Virus record (IMG/VR): IMGVR_UViG_3300011115_001056
Location: 32,001 to 96,000 of that record
Source of the DNA: a virus
Length of the DNA stretch: 64,000 nucleotides
Reading direction: 5' to 3' (one strand)
This document shows positions 42,301 to 49,502 of this stretch, in pieces (within the stretch, counting starts at the first letter, position 1; each line of letters starts with the position of its first letter). The notes beneath the pieces are model-generated. The model was not told the origin of the DNA. It saw only the letters and a program-made list of their open reading frames with translations, and made no database searches. The translations under genes were made by a program, and so were the position numbers.

Positions 42301-42845
42301 TTATAAAAATGTTTATTGATGGTCAAGCAAATAATACAATTTATCAATATGATAAGACAGAATTCCCAGAAGCTTTTGATTCTGCGAAAATTATTAGCAG
42401 TATTAATTTTACACTAAAAGAGCAGATGTCACAAATCATCATAGGAAATAACTCCGATCTTTCTCTTTCTGCTGCCGGCCTTATTGATAATCTAAGGATC
42501 TCTAGACAGGCTAGATCTTATCCTAGAGATTCTTCTGGAACCGAATATGATTTGAATTACTCTTCTAATACTGGCTTGGTATCTCCGGTAAAATCTGACG
42601 ATCTAACTACATATATTCAGGACTTTGATTTTGAAGATATAGAAAGAAATATTCACTTAGCAAGCATAATTGATCCAAAGTATGGAATATTTGATTTTGA
42701 AGTTATCATAGGAGATGATTTCAATAGGGTGGTCGGTATTAATGGTGGAAGTATAGAGGATCTTATTGTTGATTTGATATCAAGAATTAAGCCGGCACAT
42801 TCTAATGCTTATGTTAAATTTATCGAGAAGAAATGTAAAGAGTAA
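33354..42845 (+). CDS. Giant baseplate wedge protein (gpI/gp7-like) with multiple LamG/ConA-like and Ig-like domains (about 3163 aa)
   Basis: Follows J; YRDAVAGVLSAFPKGPTIPAI and terminal LISRIKPAHSNAYVKF match gpI-type motifs; LamG pieces EGTVEMWVTPDW, RHHIAASW..LFIDG, GSVDEFQI, SGTVEFWYQP, WHRISLSY..MFIDG, GLIDNLRIS. ATG at 33354 (TTG at 33351). Confidence 0.72.
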   Translation: MLRPILFKIISTTQLKIGFNYPVADNISIDNFKVEAISGSDTDIEILSIQIDGSSILLNTRPHHAKAYYVLKLQDTDTAEFVNTKGLPLINDDISRDIYFIGINKPNQIRDDIFFKTPSIYNLQGSLVESVLSNQASQLLQAQHDIGSLLNDNYISQTITDEYRVRGQGATDRLSNENGYQIDRISTFPTNSSILAKTIEIEPTTIYPICLRQELVDSFQIDSSTTSAIFKGFLVSLPNKNIIKVSYAKLIKSNDIQDCDGNIGTEYNLARFKYSLLKNRYDQENSLPNYSLESNQILFSDFGNWERPEFGDTIIISYYYDNSAISIINSSIQVYETTSVLNESIPSNSKNFSLSHGLIIDSSDEQPELYGVSFKKSENSTSVPAQFLKELIYNFSSLPSQTGEFSINYETGDVFVVGTTVGEGTGYNYFFADYRYKKVYKQDLDYSLLNSEINLNYLRPLFGKTIKISFDYELIFAEGIDYKPMTHQEVLGEMIENRVTSSFSLTTKNSPITDVFRIYNQTTGEVYSLNYFNGNEVFFTGNKLPSGKEVFGESLKFTKKSGEELYASGIFISPVHYGTITSNLSNLNIEFSPGLPSEFIDELSTNYVIRFLEQNIDDYKITAFYAPDTNGLIKGFSIASGLTLPSTGTAIQIGTNSLIFNLPDNRILNATGDGVGSALNSSLEVDGNLFQNEKFFKPISSNNELTVSSSGSQTYVISSDQAGTLNTNLSRLRKFGDYSVDYQNGVIYLSVNSNSSFNGGLVAYLNSIGLAKNNNVISVINAYKTLNNSDSSSLVPYSSFDFSKSTITIKDLETTTSIYDGSDIISNSGEIKERLFVDESYTLLVDRKISSIKYIGYLEDIFGLNLDSTVESERYLESGATTLLLKANNGGKNIYIPEYVSFSDNIIDFKSSSTSKFYTSGPSLEIKFKTIDFNAIFEVLNQGGTRLLDPNLNFIVDSEINVSSIINYSTTEYQVFFDSVDSKYSFNSGFDYIWNGTDRWLITGFSTSGYFIINKASEVYSLNFSETSFDLVIRPIILPGTQTTISYPVNNFISVNSIATLKYVTTYSPQPGSGLAVDYSSGNIFVDYVHLNDEIIVYYEYGDNEIDWSINNSISEGQSYFVTYKYGALRSALKRNFGRLTSIPFFNNQSLSIDRELYRDAVAGVLSAFPKGPTIPAISGLVKSVVKTNPEINELTFGSWILGRDYLSPESVSYKGSLEFLDGRFGSGLRINKDNVISIPSVSNLSLDEGTVEMWVTPDWYGVNNDADLTFSFTNIGNAKWFYIGGDPFSSKSGYDVVGSWDTNDARHGFDFSGNKLRIYKVSSEQDGYVTSDYNALFGVYKKELSLNRETSILQTSEFLINYSYLPRNSSSFSELVTSGSYRAAGLVIDNDHKTMFVKVAGSTYKDAGLTKLFLVESETSDSLLDFGPPYPTASCKCSFPSQIGVLENFDKLEIKITFNDYLLKSDLFSENFWGSESPGSLIIVDEKGRFFQVSGLGDLYGKRYTSSIPDIISEIYLSRYPINYPELTGKDYNSINDISFSQFIIVKKQISLELKEDQKSSLFYSNDYIWNFNWDNKIKVISSINPITNQASIGSGLFTSPFFYTDLPDSNLYSIVGDTVTSKSTAIGVFGISSMNIFKNLIDVKYKFNYNDIWIGSAGVHPNSNIFTLNRFDSKIDSNGISYKFDTQDGIYIGYDSECLSPINNNIGQWVLRARFLKYSQLPYDVEISDSGAENLMEYVSIDSPVIGRITSSGAFSSITKGRRTISDSCKDTATCSKHFRFLGNKLLDFDGWSLMQESESEFIDIIHGGREAESFSWRRLGEFQTENSSGIYRVSSFTSLDNPEDYFSSSAGLTVQNSCNLGNIELVVSAKIVSIDSGVYSLSNNGVILSSGITIAEINSGDYDLGITLDVDVSLNGLVSIYNFANGQTVSSESFNWNDSLFHKYTLLIDRENSIVTLYIDNVVVSQKDLSSIATYSADECSFNSSPSFSTIFVDQRLISSENYITALSSPIIDLNLVESNSNYNPGIIKLEDSDIFIVSNSSATFELHPNPNEFDQIDIDGYITESDVDEIMITSDNERYLLDSGLSEDNSRFSIFKDGKGFLNFRIIDGNKKDPSIYNLATNIKNFIPGERHHIAASWKLNSTFEKDEMHLFIDGQESPNLFKFGGTAPLRFNSKFSDISKEVLWNYLEKKIIFPDEIQDGVVVGGTNVLNSSTLVISSDLIGRSIIFGDLSSIPGKMVIVLEVGSGWVAVGDPITTEPYIFQGSEVGMPFSLAPYSNNILTDLENERFSIFRTSCDGIEEEFGGLGYSIQDGSIIISNYPDYVGYRYNKISKLIEFVKINESCSYVSSASKTDINIHIKTYGLTGRRFRDIMSLSGTSLFSDEGSDPLGTPNSRDGYSLIMTTGPRPRNLADVIIKKYLSYNYSIPSGTVTDGGGGIFISDFELSLTDAFTSLQTVNISKNNDGRYLEIQFDSDNINYGSTNTIVVHGITPGGPSTESILVNKNGSFFTQDRYLEVEKITGQLEIIDPDYEFVSIVNVIEANSIFTQDGSGDYAEIYRFSNGTFVLSVAGSTSYSAFELPPGYYLIDYSSTLRVSIPELGHKLYIGNDITERKYLAGSVDEFQILNTKLSDLRPWEPSASGVRTITEDFYKQNPACITNSTLALIDFENPIEKQSRRLRNKKFLDTDRNFTYTLSLQDRETLLEHINNEEVFVSYMIFLGYSEETAEEVFFECSKAESGPLYNLASYLPKIGTQQISPNSVNSSFGQSGRFENRAGLILGNNNNTLRNDSGTVEFWYQPKLDTFNDGDTRVLFESSSILANRVTSVTPYLIKLATPASKILSIKLISSGKLNNEQYYSQSEKSQIIFNEITTVESTGRYSRGTGTDKDFSTGGRLSPNGLEVILADGLPGAMIDVIVTYIPKQYSGEKISIYKDPFSRIIARVESTDYAYLIPCDVYWVEESWHRISLSYNFNGNVKFIKMFIDGQANNTIYQYDKTEFPEAFDSAKIISSINFTLKEQMSQIIIGNNSDLSLSAAGLIDNLRISRQARSYPRDSSGTEYDLNYSSNTGLVSPVKSDDLTTYIQDFDFEDIERNIHLASIIDPKYGIFDFEVIIGDDFNRVVGINGGSIEDLIVDLISRIKPAHSNAYVKFIEKKCKE

Positions 42846-42899
42846 GATATACTATTATATTTTTTAAAAATGCATAATAGTGCTTCTTAGGAGAAATTT

Positions 42900-45800
42900 A
42901 TGAAAAGCAGAGTTAGTTCCGTATTGCCAAAAGCAAATTTCTATGACGGACAGAAGGTTACTGAATCAGATCTTGATGCAGAGCAGCTTCATAATCAGTC
43001 TGTTACAAGCGGAATAATAAACGACTTTCATGGTAGCGGGATAGTTAGAGATTCTCTATTCGAATCTAACATTCTTCTGAACACATCTTCTCCTGGAGTA
43101 TATGCCAAAGAAGGAAGCCCAAATCTAACTAAAGAGACTATTGAGTTAGGGAGATACGATGGAATTCCCATTAAACTTGATCTTCAACCATCAGACTTAT
43201 CCTATGGTAATAGACTTGAGTTTGAATTAGCAAATGCAGATGTAGGAGGAAGAGTAGAGACAAAAGTTCTTATTGTGGGATTTTCTTTCAGTAGTCTTTC
43301 TTCTCGTGGGGAGCTTGTCAGCGAAGTACTTTCTTTTCAAAAAAATGAAGTATTGCTATCAAAGTATTATTACAAGGAAGTCCTTTCTATAATCTTTAAC
43401 AATTTTTCTGGTGGAACCGGAAAAACAGAATATGAGTCTAGCAAGGATAGCTTAAATGTTATAGGTGCTAACTCTGGTTATTTGGCAGTTAGAGAAGCAG
43501 AATCATTAAAGGTCTTCCCAAAATCAACAGTTGCAGAGCAGATAGAATCTCCAAGCTCAGATTTTAATAACTTTATCACCGGAGATGTCGGAACTTCAAT
43601 TGAAGCACTTCTTATGGAGGCGGTTGGAGATGATGTAAATTTTAGTGATTTATATTTCCAGCTAGCTCCAGCCTTAGTTGTTTCTTTTGAGAAGAACGGA
43701 AGTGTTACAAGATCTTTTGGACAAAAATTCCTCGCAAAAAGCAATAACCTTCAAAGAGTTGATTTTCTACTCTCCATCACTGCTGATACCTCTCTTCCCG
43801 TGGATGAACAATATGACTTTTCTGGAGAACTGGTACTATCAGTACATAGCCTTCAAACTGAGATAAGGTGTGCCACCGATCTTGTTCCAGACAGGCTGCT
43901 CGATTTTGATCCAGAACTAGATCCTATCATTGAGATTTCTTTTAGCCAATCTGATCTTGCAGATCTTGGATACTCCTTAGATGGTGTTCCACAGTCCGTA
44001 TCCTTCAATCTTGCCAGTACCCTGATTGCAGACCCAAACATAGATCCTGGAATTGTAGAGGGCCAATATTACGCAGTTATTCTTAGCAGAAGGGGTGATA
44101 CCAGAGCTGGAACTATAAATCTCCAGGTTGGATGGGATAAGCCTACCAAGAAAGAATCAGATGGCCAACTCCTAACTCCAGAAGAAAGATTCCAAAAGCA
44201 AACCAGCAGATTCTTTGAGTTCGATCCTGCCACAAAACGCTATGTTGATTATTCCTCTTATTCCTTGTGGCACAAAATCCATGCAGATTGTGTTGAGATT
44301 ACCACAGGTACCGCTTATTCAGATGATTCATTCCTAATTACCATTCCCAAAGCAGAAGGGTTTGTTGGTAGCACAGAGATTTCAAAATATGTTGATGGAA
44401 TTTCTCTTTCTAACGTAGCCTTTGGATCCTCAAATTATGTTACCCTAACACATATTCAATCTTTCAGATCTCCAACCACCCATCCAAGAACTGGGAATCT
44501 AGCTTATACCAGAATCCTAGACACAGGAGAGATTGCGGTTTACAATGAATCAGATTTTGCATCTATAGCTGATTCTAATCCACTTATTCTTGCTAAGGTC
44601 GTAGATAGAAACGTAAGAAGCGCCTCAAAGATAACTCAAGCTGTTTCTCTCCCAGGAACTGTCAATAAAGATTATATTCTTGTAATTGAACCTTCCACAA
44701 CTCTTCTAACTGATAACTTAGTAGGAAGAGTACTTACACCAGATGTATTTTGTGAATGTAATAAGAAATATAATATCATAAAGACCGAATGTCTTACATA
44801 TTCAGTTGGCGATATAAATAACGATGGAAAGATTGATAACCTAGATATCTCTGAGATTGTAGTTATTCTTGGTAATACGATCAATTCTCTTGCCACACAA
44901 AGATCTATTCTTTCTGGAAATCTTGAGATAGTAAAATTTAAACAATCAGATCTAAATGGTGATGAGACTGTCGATGGGACAGATCTTGAGATACTAGAAG
45001 ATGCTGTCGATGGATATGTAAACTTCTCAATTCCAGAAAAATTTAAAGTACTAAAGATTCACCTTCAAAATACTTTTGAAGCTTCTGATTATCCCGTAAT
45101 TCTTGATGATATTTTAATTACTGCTGCAACAACATCTATATCAAATGTTATCACCTTTACCACCACCGACTATAGAACTGCTCTTGCAACTAGAGTTGGA
45201 GATGTAATTTCTCTATCTGGAATTTCAGATTCTGGATTATTCTTGATATCCTCAAAGGAGCTAGACTCATCAGGACTTCAGGTAACACTATCCGTTACCA
45301 ATGATGATGTAACATCCCCATCCTTTGTAGGCGAAACTGGAATTTCATTCTCGATAACTAGCGGTACAGCAACAAACCTTCTTGCTGATAACTTAAATCT
45401 AGTTAAACTTCCATTCTCTAACTCAAGTATGGCAATAGACTTCATTGAAGCTCCATTTAAACAAGAGAATATTGAGGTTTGTGATCTCAGAAGATATGTT
45501 TCTCGTAATTTTATAGAAGAAAAGATAAAGAATGTTTGTATCTATACAGATGATTCTTGCGGAACAGTCGTAGATTGCTCTCCAGTATTAAAGAATCAGC
45601 AGTATATCTCTGGAGACATGTACATCCCGGAAGGCGAAATTCTTTCTGCTCCAGGTATTCCCTATCATGGAGATTTTGAATATACCACAGTATCTGTAGC
45701 TCTTCCACCTGGAAGCTTAGATGATTGCCAAATAGATCTTTATAATGCCTTCGTTAAGGCAGAATCAGGATCCATAAACACTGCCGCAGGTTATCCTGGT

Positions 45801-47456
45801 ATGAGGTATTCTGATGGTACTTATGTAGGATGCAATGATGAGTCTGAGATGAATGATATTCAGCGTGGCAGAGTTAAATTCTCCAGTGCCATTGCCAGTC
45901 TTCATGTTGACTCTCTTATTACCGGCCCAGTTACCGATGGCTATGTTCCAAGCCCAGATCAAAATACTTCCATCACTTCTGCGAAGGATATTGTTACCGA
46001 GAATTTTGTTGATCAGACTTTCTCAGAATTCTCCGGCTGGACAATAGATGGTCTTACCGATACCGGCATCTTCACCGCAACTTTCGGATCAAATCTAGAT
46101 GTCTCCTTTTCAACACTATATGTAACTGGAGCAGGAAATGAAAGATATGGTCTTTATTATCCCACATCTTTTACTGATCTTACCGGAGATCTTTTAATTG
46201 ACTTCACTATGGCAAGATATCTTTGGCCAACCACTAGCACAGGCGGTGGTGTTTATTCTGTTGTTAAGTTTGACGTAACGAATGGTGACGGAACTACTGC
46301 GGAATTAAGATTAGGATGGAAGCAATACTCAATAGACTCTGTTAAACTATTCTGGTCTGGGATCATTAAGGATTCTGGTAGCGCCGTAATAAGTTCTTTT
46401 GAATATTCAATAGAGGCACCAGATGCAGTAGGTGATGATCTTCTATTCAGAATTAGAAGAACTGATGATACTTTCTTTGCTTACTACATAAATCCAACTT
46501 CTATCTCTGAGTCTGTAGACTTTGGACAGTTTATCCGTATCGGTAGCAATCCATCCATGCAGCCTGGAAGTGGCTCTGTGGCGGTCTCCTTTGAGTCTAA
46601 GCAGGAGATCATGACACAGGCAGGGCTAGTCTACGAAGTCGTCCTAAAAGAGCTTGTAGCGCGAGATAGCTATTCTTCCGGGATGGCCTCCACAGGAAGC
46701 TTTGGTCTATCAAGAGTAGTCTCTACCAACGAGATTTCTAGAGCCGCAATTTCTCTTCCAATTGGAATTACACCAAGAACAAATATAGTCTCTGCCACTC
46801 TAAACTTTACTGCAGGCTCCGCAATTCTAAGCACTGATTCTTTCAATATAATTCCGATTCAAATTACAAACGCTGACAACCTTGTTCCAGGATATAACTA
46901 TCCATACATTCAGGATGTCTCGGTCTTAACTAATTTTATTCCTGGGGCACTCTCTACTGGGTCAACCTTCTCTGTAGATATCACCAACATAGTCATCAAA
47001 TATCTCTCTGATCCCGGCTTTCTGCCCGGATATTATAAGGCCCTTGTAATAGAGCCAGACCTTGATGTTTCTGTTGATTCTTCCATAATTCTGTCAGGCT
47101 CAATAACCATGGATATTATCTACGAAGATATTACCACTGGTGTTATCTTTAAGATTGGAGTTAGCGTTGATTCATCCACCGGAATAGCCTCATTCAAGAC
47201 AAAGAATATTCTTTATGATTCTTTAAATCCAGAAAATAGAACTGTCATTAAGTTTGGAGTTTATCTTAAAAAGTCTGGCTTTAGAAATCAGGACATTAGC
47301 CTTGGAATAACTGAACTAAAGAAGGTAGGACTAGGATCATGTTATGATCCGAACCTGATAATCTCAGAAGCAGAGCAGTGTTACTTCGTCGTATCTACAA
47401 CCGGAGTAGGAACATTTGTCGAGGGTCCATTTGATTGCGCCTTTAAGCTTCCATAA
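42900..47456 (+). CDS. Putative tail fibre / receptor-binding protein with a dockerin-like duplicated Ca-binding motif
   Basis: N-terminal NFYDGQKVTESDLDAEQ baseplate-attachment-type motif; GDINNDGKIDNLDI...SDLNGDETVDGTDL pair; lectin-like beta-sandwich patterns near the C-terminus (IVSATLNF...FSVDITNIV); AGGAG RBS at 42889. Confidence 0.6.
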   Translation: MKSRVSSVLPKANFYDGQKVTESDLDAEQLHNQSVTSGIINDFHGSGIVRDSLFESNILLNTSSPGVYAKEGSPNLTKETIELGRYDGIPIKLDLQPSDLSYGNRLEFELANADVGGRVETKVLIVGFSFSSLSSRGELVSEVLSFQKNEVLLSKYYYKEVLSIIFNNFSGGTGKTEYESSKDSLNVIGANSGYLAVREAESLKVFPKSTVAEQIESPSSDFNNFITGDVGTSIEALLMEAVGDDVNFSDLYFQLAPALVVSFEKNGSVTRSFGQKFLAKSNNLQRVDFLLSITADTSLPVDEQYDFSGELVLSVHSLQTEIRCATDLVPDRLLDFDPELDPIIEISFSQSDLADLGYSLDGVPQSVSFNLASTLIADPNIDPGIVEGQYYAVILSRRGDTRAGTINLQVGWDKPTKKESDGQLLTPEERFQKQTSRFFEFDPATKRYVDYSSYSLWHKIHADCVEITTGTAYSDDSFLITIPKAEGFVGSTEISKYVDGISLSNVAFGSSNYVTLTHIQSFRSPTTHPRTGNLAYTRILDTGEIAVYNESDFASIADSNPLILAKVVDRNVRSASKITQAVSLPGTVNKDYILVIEPSTTLLTDNLVGRVLTPDVFCECNKKYNIIKTECLTYSVGDINNDGKIDNLDISEIVVILGNTINSLATQRSILSGNLEIVKFKQSDLNGDETVDGTDLEILEDAVDGYVNFSIPEKFKVLKIHLQNTFEASDYPVILDDILITAATTSISNVITFTTTDYRTALATRVGDVISLSGISDSGLFLISSKELDSSGLQVTLSVTNDDVTSPSFVGETGISFSITSGTATNLLADNLNLVKLPFSNSSMAIDFIEAPFKQENIEVCDLRRYVSRNFIEEKIKNVCIYTDDSCGTVVDCSPVLKNQQYISGDMYIPEGEILSAPGIPYHGDFEYTTVSVALPPGSLDDCQIDLYNAFVKAESGSINTAAGYPGMRYSDGTYVGCNDESEMNDIQRGRVKFSSAIASLHVDSLITGPVTDGYVPSPDQNTSITSAKDIVTENFVDQTFSEFSGWTIDGLTDTGIFTATFGSNLDVSFSTLYVTGAGNERYGLYYPTSFTDLTGDLLIDFTMARYLWPTTSTGGGVYSVVKFDVTNGDGTTAELRLGWKQYSIDSVKLFWSGIIKDSGSAVISSFEYSIEAPDAVGDDLLFRIRRTDDTFFAYYINPTSISESVDFGQFIRIGSNPSMQPGSGSVAVSFESKQEIMTQAGLVYEVVLKELVARDSYSSGMASTGSFGLSRVVSTNEISRAAISLPIGITPRTNIVSATLNFTAGSAILSTDSFNIIPIQITNADNLVPGYNYPYIQDVSVLTNFIPGALSTGSTFSVDITNIVIKYLSDPGFLPGYYKALVIEPDLDVSVDSSIILSGSITMDIIYEDITTGVIFKIGVSVDSSTGIASFKTKNILYDSLNPENRTVIKFGVYLKKSGFRNQDISLGITELKKVGLGSCYDPNLIISEAEQCYFVVSTTGVGTFVEGPFDCAFKLP

Positions 47457-47465
47457 TATATAATA

Positions 47466-47473
47466 AGTATAAT
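47466..47473 (+). promoter_or_regulatory. AGTATAAT -10-like motif at the head of the glycosylation island (leaderless spacing)
   Basis: TATAAT ends 6 nt before ATG 47480; no SD sequence. Confidence 0.55.
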
Positions 47474-47479
47474 CTTTTC

Positions 47480-48562
47480 ATGAAACCTCTTAAAATTAGA
47501 GCTCATGGAATGTTTGGAGCAACTCATTCCTGGTCATATACTGTCAGATCCCTTATGATGGAATTCCATAAGATGGGACATGATCTGTATGTTACCAGTA
47601 CTGATGGCTATTCTTTTGCTCCAAAAGAACTATCTCCTTATTTTAATAGAGACATCAATGAAGCAGATATAGACCTTTGCTATACTTTGCCCAGAAACTT
47701 CCAACAATGGTTTAATTCAAAATCAAAGTTAAGATTAGCAATATTCAATTGGGAGTCAACAACTCTACCTCCTGAATGGTTAGATTGCCTAAAATATACT
47801 GACCTTGTCCTTCCCTCCAGTGAAGCAGTAAGGGATATCTTTATCCAAAATGGTTGGGATCAAAAAAAATTAGTTACTGTTCCACTGGGAGTGGACTGGG
47901 AGGAGTTTTCTAATGCAGCTCCAATGGAGATATCTGGTCTAAATAAGTTTAGATTTTTAAATATCTCAATACCTCATCACAGAAAAAACTTAGATGTTCT
48001 ATTTGATGCTTATTACTCATCATTCTCTGCAAATGATGATGTGTCTTTAATTATAAAAAGTTCTTTATCTAATCCAAGACATAAATTTGAATGTAATTTA
48101 AATGAAATAATAAAATCAATGCAATCTAAACATGGCAAAAAGATGCTTCCAAAGGTGCATCTTGTGGTAGAAAAACTTCAGGATATAGCCACACTTTATA
48201 AGTCAGCAGATTGTCTAGTCAGTGCATCCTCATTTGAAGGATTTGGATTACCTATGCTTGAGGCCTTTGCGGCCAATCTTCAGGTAATTGCACCAAGAGC
48301 CTCTGGCCAACTTGATTTTTTAAATGATCAAAATTCATTCTTGGTCAATGTGGACAAAATTAAAGCAGGAGACAAATACCAATATTGGAGGCCTGATGAA
48401 ATATCCACTACCTTTTACCCAAGAGTGGATGAAATAGCACATTCTATGCTAGAAGTTTATAATGGAAAAAGAAAGCTCTTTGATGAATCAATAAAAGAAG
48501 ACTTTTCTTGGAAAAATTCTGCCAATAAGATCATTAATATTTATGAAAATATTCACAAGTAA
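47480..48562 (+). CDS. Glycosyltransferase, GT-B fold (GT4-like)
   Basis: VTVPLGVD, HRKNLDVL, LYKSADCLVSASSFEGFGLPMLEAFAANLQVIA (ExFG-x-E motif). Confidence 0.9.
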   Translation: MKPLKIRAHGMFGATHSWSYTVRSLMMEFHKMGHDLYVTSTDGYSFAPKELSPYFNRDINEADIDLCYTLPRNFQQWFNSKSKLRLAIFNWESTTLPPEWLDCLKYTDLVLPSSEAVRDIFIQNGWDQKKLVTVPLGVDWEEFSNAAPMEISGLNKFRFLNISIPHHRKNLDVLFDAYYSSFSANDDVSLIIKSSLSNPRHKFECNLNEIIKSMQSKHGKKMLPKVHLVVEKLQDIATLYKSADCLVSASSFEGFGLPMLEAFAANLQVIAPRASGQLDFLNDQNSFLVNVDKIKAGDKYQYWRPDEISTTFYPRVDEIAHSMLEVYNGKRKLFDESIKEDFSWKNSANKIINIYENIHK

Positions 48563-49502
48563 ATTACCTAGGGCCTGGAAGTCTTCAGGAGTCACGGTTA
48601 AATCCGACCAACTTGAGATGTCAAACTTCTCATTTATCGAAGAGTATTTTACTTCTAATTCTACAAAGTTCAATATAACTATAATTGGCAAAAATATAAT
48701 TGGAAATGGAGCATTTTCAATCTCCATTTATAAAGATTCATTTTTAGTTTGGCAAGAAGAGTTCTTTTTTGAAGGGATTTCTTTTTCAAAAAAACAGATT
48801 GAAATAGAGGAATCTGTTGGTGAAACATTTAGAATTGTAATCTCTAGAGGAAAACGATCTAAGGGAAAGATTCTAATAAATCAAGTATTTATTTATCAAG
48901 AAAAGAAAAAAGAACTTAAAATAGAAAGCTATCTTGCCGAAGATTCTCCTGATGAAAATGAGCCAACTTATTTTATTAAAAAAGATCCCGTTTTAATTGC
49001 TGAAGAAATAATTGAAAATAAAGAATCTGTTATTAAGGAAGAGATTATCCTTCCGGAGTCTGCTCCTGTAAAAAAAGAAAGGGTTAAAAGAAAAGCAAGA
49101 TATTTGAAAGTAAGATTTATAAAAGAAAATACTCCAATTGATAATATGGCTTGTGACCCACCAGCCATTATTAATCATCTTCTTGAAGATAATGCAAGGC
49201 CAACAAAGGATGTCTGGGTTATAATCATTGATTTTAATATCACCAATGATGAAAGGTCTACTTTTAATTATCTAAATCAAATAAGTTTTGGTAGAGATAA
49301 ACAAATTTTCTTTGTAAAGCAATCATCTTTAGAGCCAATTGATTTTTCAAAATATGAACATGTCAAAGTTTTTTCTGAAGATATTCAGATAATAGAATTA
49401 TTGGAGTCTGAATGGCCTAAGAAAATAACCTTTTTGAAAGAAAATCTTCAAGGAGACTTATTAAAAGAGGTAGAAAGAATAAGGGATGAGATATCAAAAT
49501 GA
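48543..49502 (+). CDS. Hypothetical protein, paralogue of the next ORF (beta-sandwich N-domain, charged linker, alpha/beta C-domain)
   Basis: IIGKNIIGNGAFSISI...FRIVISRGKRSKGKILINQV aligns by eye with IVGASISGNGIFSVQL...YNIKILRGKESIGRVSINLI of 49499..50251. Confidence 0.6.
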   Translation: MKIFTSKLPRAWKSSGVTVKSDQLEMSNFSFIEEYFTSNSTKFNITIIGKNIIGNGAFSISIYKDSFLVWQEEFFFEGISFSKKQIEIEESVGETFRIVISRGKRSKGKILINQVFIYQEKKKELKIESYLAEDSPDENEPTYFIKKDPVLIAEEIIENKESVIKEEIILPESAPVKKERVKRKARYLKVRFIKENTPIDNMACDPPAIINHLLEDNARPTKDVWVIIIDFNITNDERSTFNYLNQISFGRDKQIFFVKQSSLEPIDFSKYEHVKVFSEDIQIIELLESEWPKKITFLKENLQGDLLKEVERIRDEISK

